In this document: piece after piece, positions 48,601 through 63,600 of the stretch
Numbering within the stretch: position 1 is the stretch's first letter
How the letters are laid out: the number at the start of each line of letters is the position of its first letter
NCBI GenBank assembly: GCA_965644315.1
Contig: CBFFRQ010000053.1
Span: 612,662 to 676,661 of the forward strand
Source of the DNA: Caecitellus pseudoparvulus
Taxonomy: Eukaryota; Protista; Bigyra: Bicosoecida
Direction: 5' to 3'
DNA length: 64,000 nucleotides
Notes under the pieces: model-generated
The model's input: the letters and a program-made list of their open reading frames with translations, nothing else
What the model was told of the DNA's origin: nothing
Databases searched by the model: none
Position numbers and translations under genes: made by a program

Positions 48601-51600
48601 GCCGTCCCACTCGCACTGGCCGTCGCCGTACCGCTCACACTGGGCGTGCCCGACACACTCGGGCTCCCGCTCACGCTCGCCGTGCCCGACACCGTGCCAG
48701 ACGCCGTCCCACTCGCACTGGCCGTCGCCGTGCCGCTCACACTGGGCGTGCCCGACACACTCGGGCTCCCGCTCACGCTCGCCGTGCCCGACACCGTGCC
48801 AGACGCCGTCCCACTCGCACTGGCCGTCGCCGTACCGCTCACACTGGGCGTGCCCGACACACTCGGGCTCCCGCTCACGCTCGCCGTGCCCGACACCGTG
48901 CCAGACGCCGTCCCACTCGCACTGGCCGTCGCCGTACCGCTCACACTGGGCGTGCCCGACACACTCGGGCTCCCGCTCACGCTCGCCGTCGCCGTACCGC
49001 TCACACTGGGCGTGCCCGACACACTCGGGCTCCCGCTCACGCTCGCCGTGCCCGACACCGTGCCAGACGCCGTCCCACTCGCACTGGCCGTCGCCGTACC
49101 GCTCACACTGGGCGTGCCCGACACACTCGGGCTCCCGCTCACGCTCGCCGTGCCCGACACCGTGCCAGACGCCGTCCCACTCGCACTGGCCGTCGCCGTA
49201 CCGCTCACACTGGGCGTGCCCGACACACTCGGGCTCCCGCTCACGCTCGCCGTGCCCGACACCGTGCCAGACGCCGTCCCACTCGCACTGGCCGTCGCCG
49301 TACCGCTCACACTGGGCGTGCCCGACACACTCGGGCTCCCGCTCACGCTCGCCGTGCCCGACACCGTGCCAGACGCCGTCCCACTCGCACTGGCCGTCGC
49401 CGTACCGCTCACACTGGGCGTGCCCGACACACTCGGGCTCCCGCTCACGCTCGCCGTGCCCGACACCGTGCCAGACGCCGTCCCACTCGCACTGGCCGTC
49501 GCCGTACCGCTCACACTGGGCGTGCCCGACACACTCGGGCTCCCGCTCACGCTTGTCGTCGCCGTACCGCTCACACTGGGCGTGCCCGACACACTCGGGC
49601 TCCCGCTCACGCTCGCCGTGCCCGACACCGTGCCAGACGCCGTCCCACTCGCACTGGCCGTCGCCGTACCGCTCACACTGGGCGTGCCCGACACACTCGG
49701 GCTCCCGCTCACGCTCGCCGTGCCCGACACCGTGCCAGACGCCGCCCCACTCGCACTGGCCGTCGCCGTACCGCTCACACTGGGCGTGCCCGACACACTC
49801 GGGCTCCCGCTCACGCTCGCCGTGCCCGACACCGTGCCAGACGCCGTCCCACTCGCACTGGCCGTCGCCGTACCGCTCACACTGGGCGTGCCCGACACAC
49901 TCGGGCTCCCGCTCACGCTCGCCGTGCCCGACACCGTGCCAGACGCCGTCCCACTCGCACTGGCCGTCGCCGTACCGCTCACACTGGGCGTGCCCGACAC
50001 ACTCGGGCTCCCGCTCACGCTCGCCGTGCCCGACACCGTGCCAGACGCCGTCCCACTCGCACTGGCCGTCGCCGTACCGCTCACACTGGGCGTGCCCGAC
50101 ACACTCGGGCTCCCGCTCACGCTCGCCGTGCCCGACACCGTGCCAGACGCCGTCCCACTCGCACTGGCCGTCGCCGTACCGCTCACACTGGGCGTGCCCG
50201 ACACACTCGGGCTCCCGCTCACGCTCGCCGTGCCCGACACCGTGCCAGACGCCGCCCCACTCGCACTGGCCGTCGCCGTACCGCTCACACTGGGCGTGCC
50301 CGACACACTCGGGCTCCCGCTCACGCTCGCCGTGCCCGACACCGTGCCAGACGCCGTCCCACTCGCACTGGCCGTCGCCGTACCGCTCACACTGGGCGTG
50401 CCCGACACACTCGGGCTCCCGCTCACGCTCGCCGTGCCCGACACCGTGCCAGACGCCGTCCCACTCGCACTGGCCGTCGCCGTACCGCTCACACTGGGCG
50501 TGCCCGACACACTCGGGCTCCCGCTCACGCTCGCCGTCGCCGTACCGCTCACACTGGGCGTGCCCGACACACTCGGGCTCCCGCTCACGCTCGCCGTGCC
50601 CGACACCGTGCCAGACGCCGTCCCACTCGCACTGGCCGTCGCCGTACCGCTCACACTGGGCGTGCCCGACACACTCGGGCTCCCGCTCACGCTCGACGTC
50701 GCCGTACCGCTCACACTGGGCGTGCCCGACACACTCGGGCTCCCGCTCACGCTCGCCGTGCCCGACACCGTGCCAGACGCCGTCCCACTCGCACTGGCCG
50801 TCGCCGTACCGCTCACACTGGGCGTGCCCGACACACTCGGGCTCCCGCTCACGTTCGCCGTGCCCGACACCGTGCCAGACGCCGTCCCACTCGCACTGGC
50901 CGTCGCCGTACCGCTCACACTGGGCGTGCCCGACACACTCGGGCTCCCGCTCACGCTCGCCGTGCCCGACACCGTGCCAGACGCCGTCCCACTCGCACTG
51001 GCCGTCGCCGTACCGCTCACACTGGGCGTGCCCGACACACTCGGGCTCCCGCTCACGCTCGCCGTGCCCGACACCGTGCCAGACGCCGTCCCACTCGCAC
51101 TGGCCGTCGCCGTACCGCTCACACTGGGCGTGCCCGACACACTCGGGCTCCCACTCGCACTGGCCGTCGCCGTACCGCTCACACTGGGCGTGCCCGACAC
51201 ACTCGGGCTCCCGCTCACGCTCGCCGTGCCCGACACCGTGCCAGACGCCGTCCCACTCGCACTGGCCGTCGCCGTACCGCTCACACTGGGCGTGCCCGAC
51301 ACACTCGGGCTCCCGCTCACGCTCGCCGTGCCCGACACCGTGCCAGACGCCGTCCCACTCGCACTGGCCGTCGCCGTGCCGCTCACACTGGGCGTGCCCG
51401 ACACACTCGGGCTCCCGCTCACGCTCGACGTCGCCGTACCGCTCACACTGGGCGTGCCCGACACACTCGGGCTCCCGCTCACGCTCGCCGTGCCCGACAC
51501 CGTGCCAGACGCCGTCCCACTCGCACTGGCCGTCGCCGTACCGCTCACACTGGGCGTGCCCGACACACTCGGGCTCCCGCTCACGCTCGCCGTGCCCGAC

Positions 51601-54600
51601 ACCGTGCCAGACGCCGTCCCACTCGCACTGGCCGTCGCCGTACCGCTCACACTGGGCGTGCCCGACACACTCGGGCTCCCGCTCACGCTCGCCGTGCCCG
51701 ACACCGTGCCAGACGCCGTCCCACTCGCACTGGCCGTCGCCGTACCGCTCACACTGGGCGTGCCCGACACACTCGGGCTCCCGCTCACGCTCGCCGTGCC
51801 CGACACCGTGCCAGACGCCGTCCCACTCGCACTGGCCGTCGCCGTACCGCTCACACTGGGCGTGCCCGACACACTCGGGCTCCCGCTCACGCTCGCCGTG
51901 CCCGACACCGTGCCAGACGCCGTCCCACTCGCACTGGCCGTCGCCGTACCGCTCACACTGGGCGTGCCCGACACACTCGGGCTCCCGCTCACGCTCGCCG
52001 TCGCCGTACCGCTCACACTGGGCGTGCCCGACACACTCGGGCTCCCGCTCACGCTCGCCGTGCCCGACACCGTGCCAGACGCCGTCCCACTCGCACTGGC
52101 CGTCGCCGTACCGCTCACACTGGGCGTGCCCGACACACTCGGGCTCCCGCTCACGCTCGCCGTGCCCGACACCGTGCCAGACGCCGTCCCACTCGCACTG
52201 GCCGTCGCCGTACCGCTCACACTGGGCGTGCCCGACACACTCGGGCTCCCGCTCACGCTCGCCGTGCCCGACACCGTGCCAGACGCCGTCCCACTCGCAC
52301 TGGCCGTCGCCGTACCGCTCACACTGGGCGTGCCCGACACACTCGGGCTCCCGCTCACGCTCGCCGTGCCCGACACCGTGCCAGACGCCGTCCCACTCGC
52401 ACTGGCCGTCGCCGTACCGCTCACACTGGGCGTGCCCGACACACTCGGGCTCCCGCTCACGCTCGTCGTCGCCGTACCGCTCACACTGGGCGTGCCCGAC
52501 ACACTCGGGCTCCCGCTCACGCTCGCCGTGCCCGACACCGTGCCAGACGCCGTCCCACTCGCACTGGCCGTCGCCGTACCGCTCACACTGGGCGTGCCCG
52601 ACACACTCGGGCTCCCGCTCACGCTCGCCGTGCCCGACACCGTGCCAGACGCCGTCCCACTCGCACTGGCCGTCGCCGTACCGCTCACACTGGGCGTGCC
52701 CGACACACTCGGGCTCCCGCTCACGCTCGCCGTGCCCGACACCGTGCCAGACGCCGTCCCACTCGCACTGGCCGTCGCCGTACCGCTCACACTGGGCGTG
52801 CCCGACACACTCGGGCTCCCGCTCACGCTCGCCGTGCCCGACACCGTGCCAGACGCCGTCCCACTCGCACTGGCCGTCGCCGTACCGCTCACACTGGGCG
52901 TGCCCGACACACTCGGGCTCCCGCTCACGCTCGCCGTGCCCGACACCGTGCCAGACGCCGTCCCACTCGCACTGGCCGTCGCCGTACCGCTCACACTGGG
53001 CGTGCCCGACACACTCGGGCTCCCGCTCACGCTCGCCGTGCCCGACACCGTGCCAGACGCCGTCCCACTCGCACTGGCCGTCGCCGTACCGCTCACACTG
53101 GGCGTGCCCGACACACTCGGGCTCCCGCTCACGCTCGCCGTCGCCGTACCGCTCACACTGGGCGTGCCCGACACACTCGGGCTCCCGCTCACGCTCGCCG
53201 TGCCCGACACCGTGCCAGACGCCGTCCCACTCGCACTGGCCGTCGCCGTACCGCTCACACTGGGCGTGCCCGACACACTCGGGCTCCCGCTCACGCTCGC
53301 CGTGCCCGACACCGTGCCAGACGCCGTCCCACTCGCACTGGCCGTCGCCGTACCGCTCACACTGGGCGTGCCCGACACACTCGGGCTCCCGCTCACGCTC
53401 GCCGTGCCCGACACCGTGCCAGACGCCGTCCCACTCGCACTGGCCGTCGCCGTACCGCTCACACTGGGCGTGCCCGACACACTCGGGCTCCCGCTCACGC
53501 TCGCCGTCGCCGTACCGCTCACACTGGGCGTGCCCGACACACTCGGGCTCCCGCTCACGCTCGCCGTGCCCGACACCGTGCCAGACGCCGTCCCACTCGC
53601 ACTGGCCGTCGCCGTACCGCTCACACTGGGCGTGCCCGACACACTCGGGCTCCCGCTCACGCTCGTCGTCGCCGTACCGCTCACACTGGGCGTGCCCGAC
53701 ACACTCGGGCTCCCGCTCACGCTCGCCGTGCCCGACACCGTGCCAGACGCCGTCCCACTCGCACTGGCCGTCGCCGTACCGCTCACACTGGGCGTGCCCG
53801 ACACACTCGGGCTCCCGCTCACGCTCGCCGTGCCCGACACCGTGCCAGACGCCGTCCCACTCGCACTGGCCGTCGCCGTACCGCTCACACTGGGCGTGCC
53901 CGACACACTCGGGCTCCCGCTCACGCTCGCCGTGCCCGACACCGTGCCAGACGCCGTCCCACTCGCACTGGCCGTCGCCGTACCGCTCACACTGGGCGTG
54001 CCCGACACACTCGGGCTCCCGCTCACGCTCGCCGTGCCCGACACCGTGCCAGACGCCGTCCCACTCGCACTGGCCGTCGCCGTACCGCTCACACTGGGCG
54101 TGCCCGACACACTCGGGCTCCCGCTCACGCTCGCCGTGCCCGACACCGTGCCAGACGCCGTCCCACTCGCACTGGCCGTCGCCGTACCGCTCACACTGGG
54201 CGTGCCCGACACACTCGGGCTCCCGCTCACGCTCGCCGTGCCCGACACCGTGCCAGACGCCGTCCCACTCGCACTGGCCGTCGCCGTACCGCTCACACTG
54301 GGCGTGCCCGACACACTCGGGCTCCCGCTCACGCTCGCCGTGCCCGACACCGTGCCAGACGCCGTCCCACTCGCACTGGCCGTCGCCGTACCGCTCACAC
54401 TGGGCGTGCCCGACACACTCGGGCTCCCGCTCACGCTCGCCGTGCCCGACACCGTGCCAGACGCCGTCCCACTCGCACTGGCCGTCGCCGTACCGCTCAC
54501 ACTGGGCGTGCCCGACACACTCGGGCTCCCGCTCACGCTCGCCGTGCCCGACACCGTGCCAGACGCCGTCCCACTCGCACTGGCCGTCGCCGTACCGCTC

Positions 54601-57600
54601 ACACTGGGCGTGCCCGACACACTCGGGCTCCCGCTCACGCTCGCCGTGCCCGACACCGTGCCAGACGCCGTCCCACTCGCACTGGCCGTCGCCGTACCGC
54701 TCACACTGGGCGTGCCCGACACACTCGGGCTCCCGCTCACGCTCGCCGTCGCCGTACCGCTCACACTGGGCGTGCCCGACACACTCGGGCTCCCGCTCAC
54801 GCTCGCCGTGCCCGACACCGTGCCAGACGCCGTCCCACTCGCACTGGCCGTCGCCGTACCGCTCACACTGGGCGTGCCCGACACACTCGGGCTCCCGCTC
54901 ACGCTCGCCGTGCCCGACACCGTGCCAGACGCCGTCCCACTCGCACTGGCCGTCGCCGTACCGCTCACACTGGGCGTGCCCGACACACTCGGGCTCCCGC
55001 TCACGTTCGCCGTGCCCGACACCGTGCCAGACGCCGTCCCACTCGCACTGGCCGTCGCCGTACCGCTCACACTGGGCGTGCCCGACACACTCGGGCTCCC
55101 GCTCACGCTCGCCGTGCCCGACACCGTGCCAGACGCCGTCCCACTCGCACTGGCCGTCGCCGTACCGCTCACACTGGGCGTGCCCGACACACTCGGGCTC
55201 CCGCTCACGCTCGTCGTCGCCGTACCGCTCACACTGGGCGTGCCCGACACACTCGGGCTCCCGCTCACGCTCGCCGTGCCCGACACCGTGCCAGACGCCG
55301 TCCCACTCGCACTGGCCGTCGCCGTACCGCTCACACTGGGCGTGCCCGACACACTCGGGCTCCCGCTCACGCTCGCCGTGCCCGACACCGTGCCAGACGC
55401 CGTCCCACTCGCACTGGCCGTCGCCGTACCGCTCACACTGGGCGTGCCCGACACACTCGGGCTCCCGCTCACGCTCGCCGTGCCCGACACCGTGCCAGAC
55501 GCCGTCCCACTCGCACTGGCCGTCGCCGTACCGCTCACACTGGGCGTGCCCGACACACTCGGGCTCCCGCTCACGCTCGCCGTGCCCGACACCGTGCCAG
55601 ACGCCGTCCCACTCGCACTGGCCGTCGCCGTACCGCTCACACTGGGCGTGCCCGACACACTCGGGCTCCCGCTCACGCTCGCCGTGCCCGACACCGTGCC
55701 AGACGCCGTCCCACTCGCACTGGCCGTCGCCGTACCGCTCACACTGGGCGTGCCCGACACACTCGGGCTCCCGCTCACGCTCGCCGTGCCCGACACCGTG
55801 CCAGACGCCGTCCCACTCGCACTGGCCGTCGCCGTACCGCTCACACTGGGCGTGCCCGACACACTCGGGCTCCCGCTCACGCTCGCCGTCGCCGTACCGC
55901 TCACACTGGGCGTGCCCGACACACTCGGGCTCCCGCTCACGCTCGCCGTGCCCGACACCGTGCCAGACGCCGTCCCACTCGCACTGGCCGTCGCCGTACC
56001 GCTCACACTGGGCGTGCCCGACACACTCGGGCTCCCGCTCACGCTCGTCGTCGCCGTACCGCTCACACTGGGCGTGCCCGACACACTCGGGCTCCCGCTC
56101 ACGTTCGCCGTGCCCGACACCGTGCCAGACGCCGTCCCACTCGCACTGGCCGTCGCCGTACCGCTCACACTGGGCGTGCCCGACACACTCGGGCTCCCGC
56201 TCACGCTCGCCGTGCCCGACACCGTGCCAGACGCCGTCCCACTCGCACTGGCCGTCGCCGTACCGCTCACACTGGGCGTGCCCGACACACTCGGGCTCCC
56301 GCTCACGCTCGCCGTGCCCGACACCGTGCCAGACGCCGTCCCACTCGCACTGGCCGTCGCCGTACCGCTCACACTGGGCGTGCCCGACACACTCGGGCTC
56401 CCGCTCACGCTCGCCGTGCCCGACACCGTGCCAGACGCCGTCCCACTCGCACTGGCCGTCGCCGTACCGCTCACACTGGGCGTGCCCGACACACTCGGGC
56501 TCCCGCTCACGCTCGCCGTGCCCGACACCGTGCCAGACGCCGTCCCACTCGCACTGGCCGTCGCCGTACCGCTCACACTGGGCGTGCCCGACACACTCGG
56601 GCTCCCGCTCACGCTCGCCGTGCCCGACACCGTGCCAGACGCCGTCCCACTCGCACTGGCCGTCGCCGTACCGCTCACACTGGGCGTGCCCGACACACTC
56701 GGGCTCCCGCTCACGCTCGTCGTCGCCGTACCGCTCACACTGGGCGTGCCCGACACACTCGGGCTCCCGCTCACGCTCGCCGTGCCCGACACCGTGCCAG
56801 ACGCCGTCCCACTCGCACTGGCCGTCGCCGTACCGCTCACACTGGGCGTGCCCGACACACTCGGGCTCCCGCTCACGCTCGCCGTGCCCGACACCGTGCC
56901 AGACGCCGTCCCACTCGCACTGGCCGTCGCCGTACCGCTCACACTGGGCGTGCCCGACACACTCGGGCTCCCGCTCACGCTCGCCGTCGCCGTACCGCTC
57001 ACACTGGGCGTGCCCGACACACTCGGGCTCCCGCTCACGCTCGCCGTGCCCGACACCGTGCCAGACGCCGTCCCACTCGCACTGGCCGTCGCCGTACCGC
57101 TCACACTGGGCGTGCCCGACACACTCGGGCTCCCGCTCACGCTCGCCGTGCCCGACACCGTGCCAGACGCCGTCCCACTCGCACTGGCCGTCGCCGTACC
57201 GCTCACACTGGGCGTGCCCGACACACTCGGGCTCCCGCTCACGCTCGCCGTGCCCGACACCGTGCCAGACGCCGTCCCACTCGCACTGGCCGTCGCCGTA
57301 CCGCTCACACTGGGCGTGCCCGACACACTCGGGCTCCCGCTCACGCTCGCCGTGCCCGACACCGTGCCAGACGCCGTCCCACTCGCACTGGCCGTCGCCG
57401 TACCGCTCACACTGGGCGTGCCCGACACACTCGGGCTCCCGCTCACGCTCGCCGTGCCCGACACCGTACCAGACGCCGTCCCACTCGCACTGGCCGTCGC
57501 CGTACCGCTCACACTGGGCGTGCCCGACACACTCGGGCTCCCGCTCACGCTCGCCGTCGCCGTACCGCTCACACTGGGCGTGCCCGACACACTCGGGCTC

Positions 57601-60600
57601 CCGCTCACGCTCGCCGTGCCCGACACCGTGCCAGACGCCGTCCCACTCGCACTGGCCGTCGCCGTACCGCTCACACTGGGCGTGCCCGACACACTCGGGC
57701 TCCCGCTCACGCTCGCCGTGCCCGACACCGTGCCAGACGCCGTCCCACTCGCACTGGCCGTCGCCGTACCGCTCACACTGGGCGTGCCCGACACACTCGG
57801 GCTCCCGCTCACGCTCGTCGTCGCCGTACCGCTCACACTGGGCGTGCCCGACACACTCGGGCTCCCGCTCACGCTCGCCGTGCCCGACACCGTGCCAGAC
57901 GCCGTCCCACTCGCACTGGCCGTCGCCGTACCGCTCACACTGGGCGTGCCCGACACACTCGGGCTCCCGCTCACGCTCGCCGTGCCCGACACCGTGCCAG
58001 ACGCCGTCCCACTCGCACTGGCCGTCGCCGTACCGCTCACACTGGGCGTGCCCGACACACTCGGGCTCCCGCTCACGCTCGCCGTCGCCGTACCGCTCAC
58101 ACTGGGCGTGCCCGACACACTCGGGCTCCCGCTCACGCTCGCCGTGCCCGACACCGTGCCAGACGCCGTCCCACTCGCACTGGCCGTCGCCGTACCGCTC
58201 ACACTGGGCGTGCCCGACACACTCGGGCTCCCGCTCACGCTCGCCGTGCCCGACACCGTGCCAGACGCCGTCCCACTCGCACTGGCCGTCGCCGTACCGC
58301 TCACACTGGGCGTGCCCGACACACTCGGGCTCCCGCTCACGCTCGCCGTGCCCGACACCGTGCCAGACGCCGTCCCACTCGCACTGGCCGTCGCCGTACC
58401 GCTCACACTGGGCGTGCCCGACACACTCGGGCTCCCGCTCACGCTCGCCGTGCCCGACACCGTGCCAGACGCCGTCCCACTCGCACTGGCCGTCGCCGTA
58501 CCGCTCACACTGGGCGTGCCCGACACACTCGGGCTCCCGCTCACGCTCGCCGTGCCCGACACCGTGCCAGACGCCGTCCCACTCGCACTGGCCGTCGCCG
58601 TACCGCTCACACTGGGCGTGCCCGACACACTCGGGCTCCCGCTCACGCTCGTCGTCGCCGTACCGCTCACACTGGGCGTGCCCGACACACTCGGGCTCCC
58701 GCTCACGCTCGCCGTGCCCGACACCGTGCCAGACGCCGTCCCACTCGCACTGGCCGTCGCCGTACCGCTCACACTGGGCGTGCCCGACACACTCGGGCTC
58801 CCGCTCACGTTCGCCGTGCCCGACACCGTGCCAGACGCCGTCCCACTCGCACTGGCCGTCGCCGTACCGCTCACACTGGGCGTGCCCGACACACTCGGGC
58901 TCCCGCTCACGCTCGCCGTGCCCGACACCGTGCCAGACGCCGTCCCACTCGCACTGGCCGTCGCCGTACCGCTCACACTGGGCGTGCCCGACACACTCGG
59001 GCTCCCGCTCACGCTCGCCGTGCCCGACACCGTGCCAGACGCCGTCCCACTCGCACTGGCCGTCGCCGTACCGCTCACACTGGGCGTGCCCGACACACTC
59101 GGGCTCCCGCTCACGCTCGCCGTGCCCGACACCGTGCCAGACGCCGTCCCACTCGCACTGGCCGTCGCCGTACCGCTCACACTGGGCGTGCCCGACACAC
59201 TCGGGCTCCCGCTCACGCTCGCCGTGCCCGACACCGTGCCAGACGCCGTCCCACTCGCACTGGCCGTCGCCGTACCGCTCACACTGGGCGTGCCCGACAC
59301 ACTCGGGCTCCCGCTCACGCTCGCCGTCGCCGTACCGCTCACACTGGGCGTGCCCGACACACTCGGGCTCCCGCTCACGCTCGCCGTGCCCGACACCGTG
59401 CCAGACGCCGTCCCACTCGCACTGGCCGTCGCCGTACCGCTCACACTGGGCGTGCCCGACACACTCGGGCTCCCGCTCACGCTCGTCGTCGCCGTACCGC
59501 TCACACTGGGCGTGCCCGACACACTCGGGCTCCCGCTCACGCTCGCCGTGCCCGACACCGTGCCAGACGCCGTCCCACTCGCACTGGCCGTCGCCGTACC
59601 GCTCACACTGGGCGTGCCCGACACACTCGGGCTCCCGCTCACGCTCGCCGTGCCCGACACCGTGCCAGACGCCGTCCCACTCGCACTGGCCGTCGCCGTA
59701 CCGCTCACACTGGGCGTGCCCGACACACTCGGGCTCCCGCTCACGCTCGCCGTGCCCGACACCGTGCCAGACGCCGTCCCACTCGCACTGGCCGTCGCCG
59801 TACCGCTCACACTGGGCGTGCCCGACACACTCGGGCTCCCGCTCACGCTCGTCGTCGCCGTACCGCTCACACTGGGCGTGCCCGACACACTCGGGCTCCC
59901 GCTCACGCTCGCCGTGCCCGACACCGTGCCAGACGCCGTCCCACTCGCACTGGCCGTCGCCGTACCGCTCACACTGGGCGTGCCCGACACACTCGGGCTC
60001 CCGCTCACGCTCGCCGTGCCCGACACCGTGCCAGACGCCGTCCCACTCGCACTGGCCGTCGCCGTACCGCTCACACTGGGCGTGCCCGACACACTCGGGC
60101 TCCCGCTCACGCTCGTCGTCGCCGTACCGCTCACACTGGGCGTGCCCGACACACTCGGGCTCCCGCTCACGCTCGCCGTGCCCGACACCGTGCCAGACGC
60201 CGTCCCACTCGCACTGGCCGTCGCCGTACCGCTCACACTGGGCGTGCCCGACACACTCGGGCTCCCGCTCACGCTCGCCGTGCCCGACACCGTGCCAGAC
60301 GCCGTCCCACTCGCACTGGCCGTCGCCGTACCGCTCACGCTGGGCGTGCCCGACACACTCGGGCTCCCGCTCACGCTCGCCGTCGCCGTACCGCTCACAC
60401 TGGGCGTGCCCGACACACTCGGGCTCCCGCTCACGCTCGCCGTGCCCGACACCGTGCCAGACGCCGTCCCACTCGCACTGGCCGTCGCCGTACCGCTCAC
60501 ACTGGGCGTGCCCGACACACTCGGGCTCCCGCTCACGCTCGCCGTGCCCGACACCGTGCCAGACGCCGTCCCACTCGCACTGGCCGTCGCCGTACCGCTC

Positions 60601-63600
60601 ACACTGGGCGTGCCCGACACACTCGGGCTCCCGCTCACGCTCGCCGTGCCCGACACCGTGCCAGACGCCGTCCCACTCGCACTGGCCGTCGCCGTACCGC
60701 TCACACTGGGCGTGCCCGACACACTCGGGCTCCCGCTCACGCTCGCCGTGCCCGACACCGTGCCAGACGCCGTCCCACTCGCACTGGCCGTCGCCGTACC
60801 GCTCACACTGGGCGTGCCCGACACACTCGGGCTCCCGCTCACGCTCGCCGTGCCCGACACCGTACCAGACGCCGTCCCACTCGCACTGGCCGTCGCCGTA
60901 CCGCTCACACTGGGCGTGCCCGACACACTCGGGCTCCCGCTCACGCTCGCCGTCGCCGTACCGCTCACACTGGGCGTGCCCGACACACTCGGGCTCCCGC
61001 TCACGCTCGCCGTGCCCGACACCGTGCCAGACGCCGTCCCACTCGCACTGGCCGTCGCCGTACCGCTCACACTGGGCGTGCCCGACACACTCGGGCTCCC
61101 GCTCACGCTCGCCGTGCCCGACACCGTGCCAGACGCCGTCCCACTCGCACTGGCCGTCGCCGTACCGCTCACACTGGGCGTGCCCGACACACTCGGGCTC
61201 CCGCTCACGCTCGCCGTGCCCGACACCGTGCCAGACGCCGTCCCACTCGCACTGGCCGTCGCCGTACCGCTCACACTGGGCGTGCCCGACACACTCGGGC
61301 TCCCGCTCACGCTCGCCGTGCCCGACACCGTGCCAGACGCCGTCCCACTCGCACTGGCCGTCGCCGTACCGCTCACACTGGGCGTGCCCGACACACTCGG
61401 GCTCCCGCTCACGCTCGCCGTGCCCGACACCGTGCCAGACGCCGTCCCACTCGCACTGGCCGTCGCCGTACCGCTCACACTGGGCGTGCCCGACACACTC
61501 GGGCTCCCGCTCACGCTCGTCGTCGCCGTACCGCTCACACTGGGCGTGCCCGACACACTCGGGCTCCCGCTCACGCTCACACTGGGCGTGCCCGACACAC
61601 TCGGGCTCCCGCTCACGCTCGCCGTGCCCGACACCGTGCCAGACGCGGTCCCACTCGCACTGGCCGTCGCCGTACCGCTCACACTGGGCGTGCCCGACAC
61701 ACTCGGGCTCCCGCTCACGCTCGCCGTGCCCGACACCGTGCCAGACGCCGTCCCACTCGCACTGGCCGTCGCCGTACCGCTCACACTGGGCGTGCCCGAC
61801 ACACTCGGGCTCCCGCTCACGCTCGTCGTCGCCGTACCGCTCACACTGGGCGTGCCCGACACACTCGGGCTCCCGCTCACGCTCGCCGTGCCCGACACCG
61901 TGCCAGACGCCGTCCCACTCGCACTGGCCGTCGCCGTACCGCTCACACTGGGCGTGCCCGACACACTCGGGCTCCCGCTCACGCTCGCCGTGCCCGACAC
62001 CGTGCCAGACGCCGTCCCACTCGCACTGGCCGTCGCCGTACCGCTCACACTGGGCGTGCCCGACACACTCGGGCTCCCGCTCACGCTCGCCGTGCCCGAC
62101 ACCGTGCCAGACGCCGTCCCACTCGCACTGGCCGTCGCCGTACCGCTCACACTGGGCGTGCCCGACACACTCGGGCTCCCGCTCACGCTCGCCGTGCCCG
62201 ACACCGTGCCAGACGCCGTCCCACTCGCACTGGCCGTCGCCGTACCGCTCACACTGGGCGTGCCCGACACACTCGGGCTCCCGCTCACGCTCGTCGTCGC
62301 CGTACCGCTCACACTGGGCGTGCCCGACACACTCGGGCTCCCGCTCACGCTCACACTGGGCGTGCCCGACACACTCGGGCTCCCGCTCACGCTCGCCGTG
62401 CCCGACACCGTGCCAGACGCGGTCCCACTCGCACTGGCCGTCGCCGTACCGCTCACACTGGGCGTGCCCGACACACTCGGGCTCCCGCTCACGCTCGCCG
62501 TGCCCGACACCGTGCCAGACGCCGTCCCACTCGCACTCGTCGTCGCCGTACCGCTCACACTGGGCGTGCCCGACACACTCGGGCTCCCGCTCACGCTCGC
62601 CGTCGCCGTACCGCTCACACTGGGCGTGCCCGACACACTCGGGCTCCCGCTCACGCTCGCCGTGCCCGACACCGTGCCAGACGCCGTCCCACTCGCACTG
62701 GCCGTCGCCGTACCGCTCACACTGGGCGTGCCCGACACACTCGGGCTCCCGCTCACGCTCGCCGTGCCCGACACCGTGCCAGACGCCGTCCCACTCGCAC
62801 TGGCCGTCGCCGTACCGCTCACACTGGGCGTGCCCGACACACTCGGGCTCCCGCTCACGCTCGCCGTGCCCGACACCGTGCCAGACGCCGTCCCACTCGC
62901 ACTGGCCGTCGCCGTACCGCTCACACTGGGCGTGCCCGACACACTCGGGCTCCCGCTCACGCTCGCCGTGCCCGACACCGTGCCAGACGCCGTCCCACTC
63001 GCACTGGCCGTCGCCGTACCGCTCACACTGGGCGTGCCCGACACACTCGGGCTCCCGCTCACGCTCGTCGTCGCCGTACCGCTCACACTGGGCGTGCCCG
63101 ACACACTCGGGCTCCCGCTCACGCTCACACTGGGCGTGCCCGACACACTCGGGCTCCCGCTCACGCTCGCCGTGCCCGACACCGTGCCAGACGCGGTCCC
63201 ACTCGCACTGGCCGTCGCCGTACCGCTCACACTGGGCGTGCCCGACACACTCGGGCTCCCGCTCACGCTCGCCGTGCCCGACACCGTGCCAGACGCCGTC
63301 CCACTCGCACTGGCCGTCGCCGTACCGCTCACACTGGGCGTGCCCGACACACTACGGCTCCCGCTCACGCTCGTCGTCGCCGTACCGCTCACACTGGGCG
63401 TGCCCGACACACTCGGGCTCCCGCTCACGCTCGCCGTGCCCGACACCGTGCCAGACGCCGTCCCACTCGCACTGGCCGTCGCCGTACCGCTCACACTGGG
63501 CGTGCCCGACACACTCGGGCTCCCGCTCACGCTCGCCGTGCCCGACACCGTGCCAGACGCCGTCCCACTCGCACTGGCCGTCGCCGTACCGCTCACACTG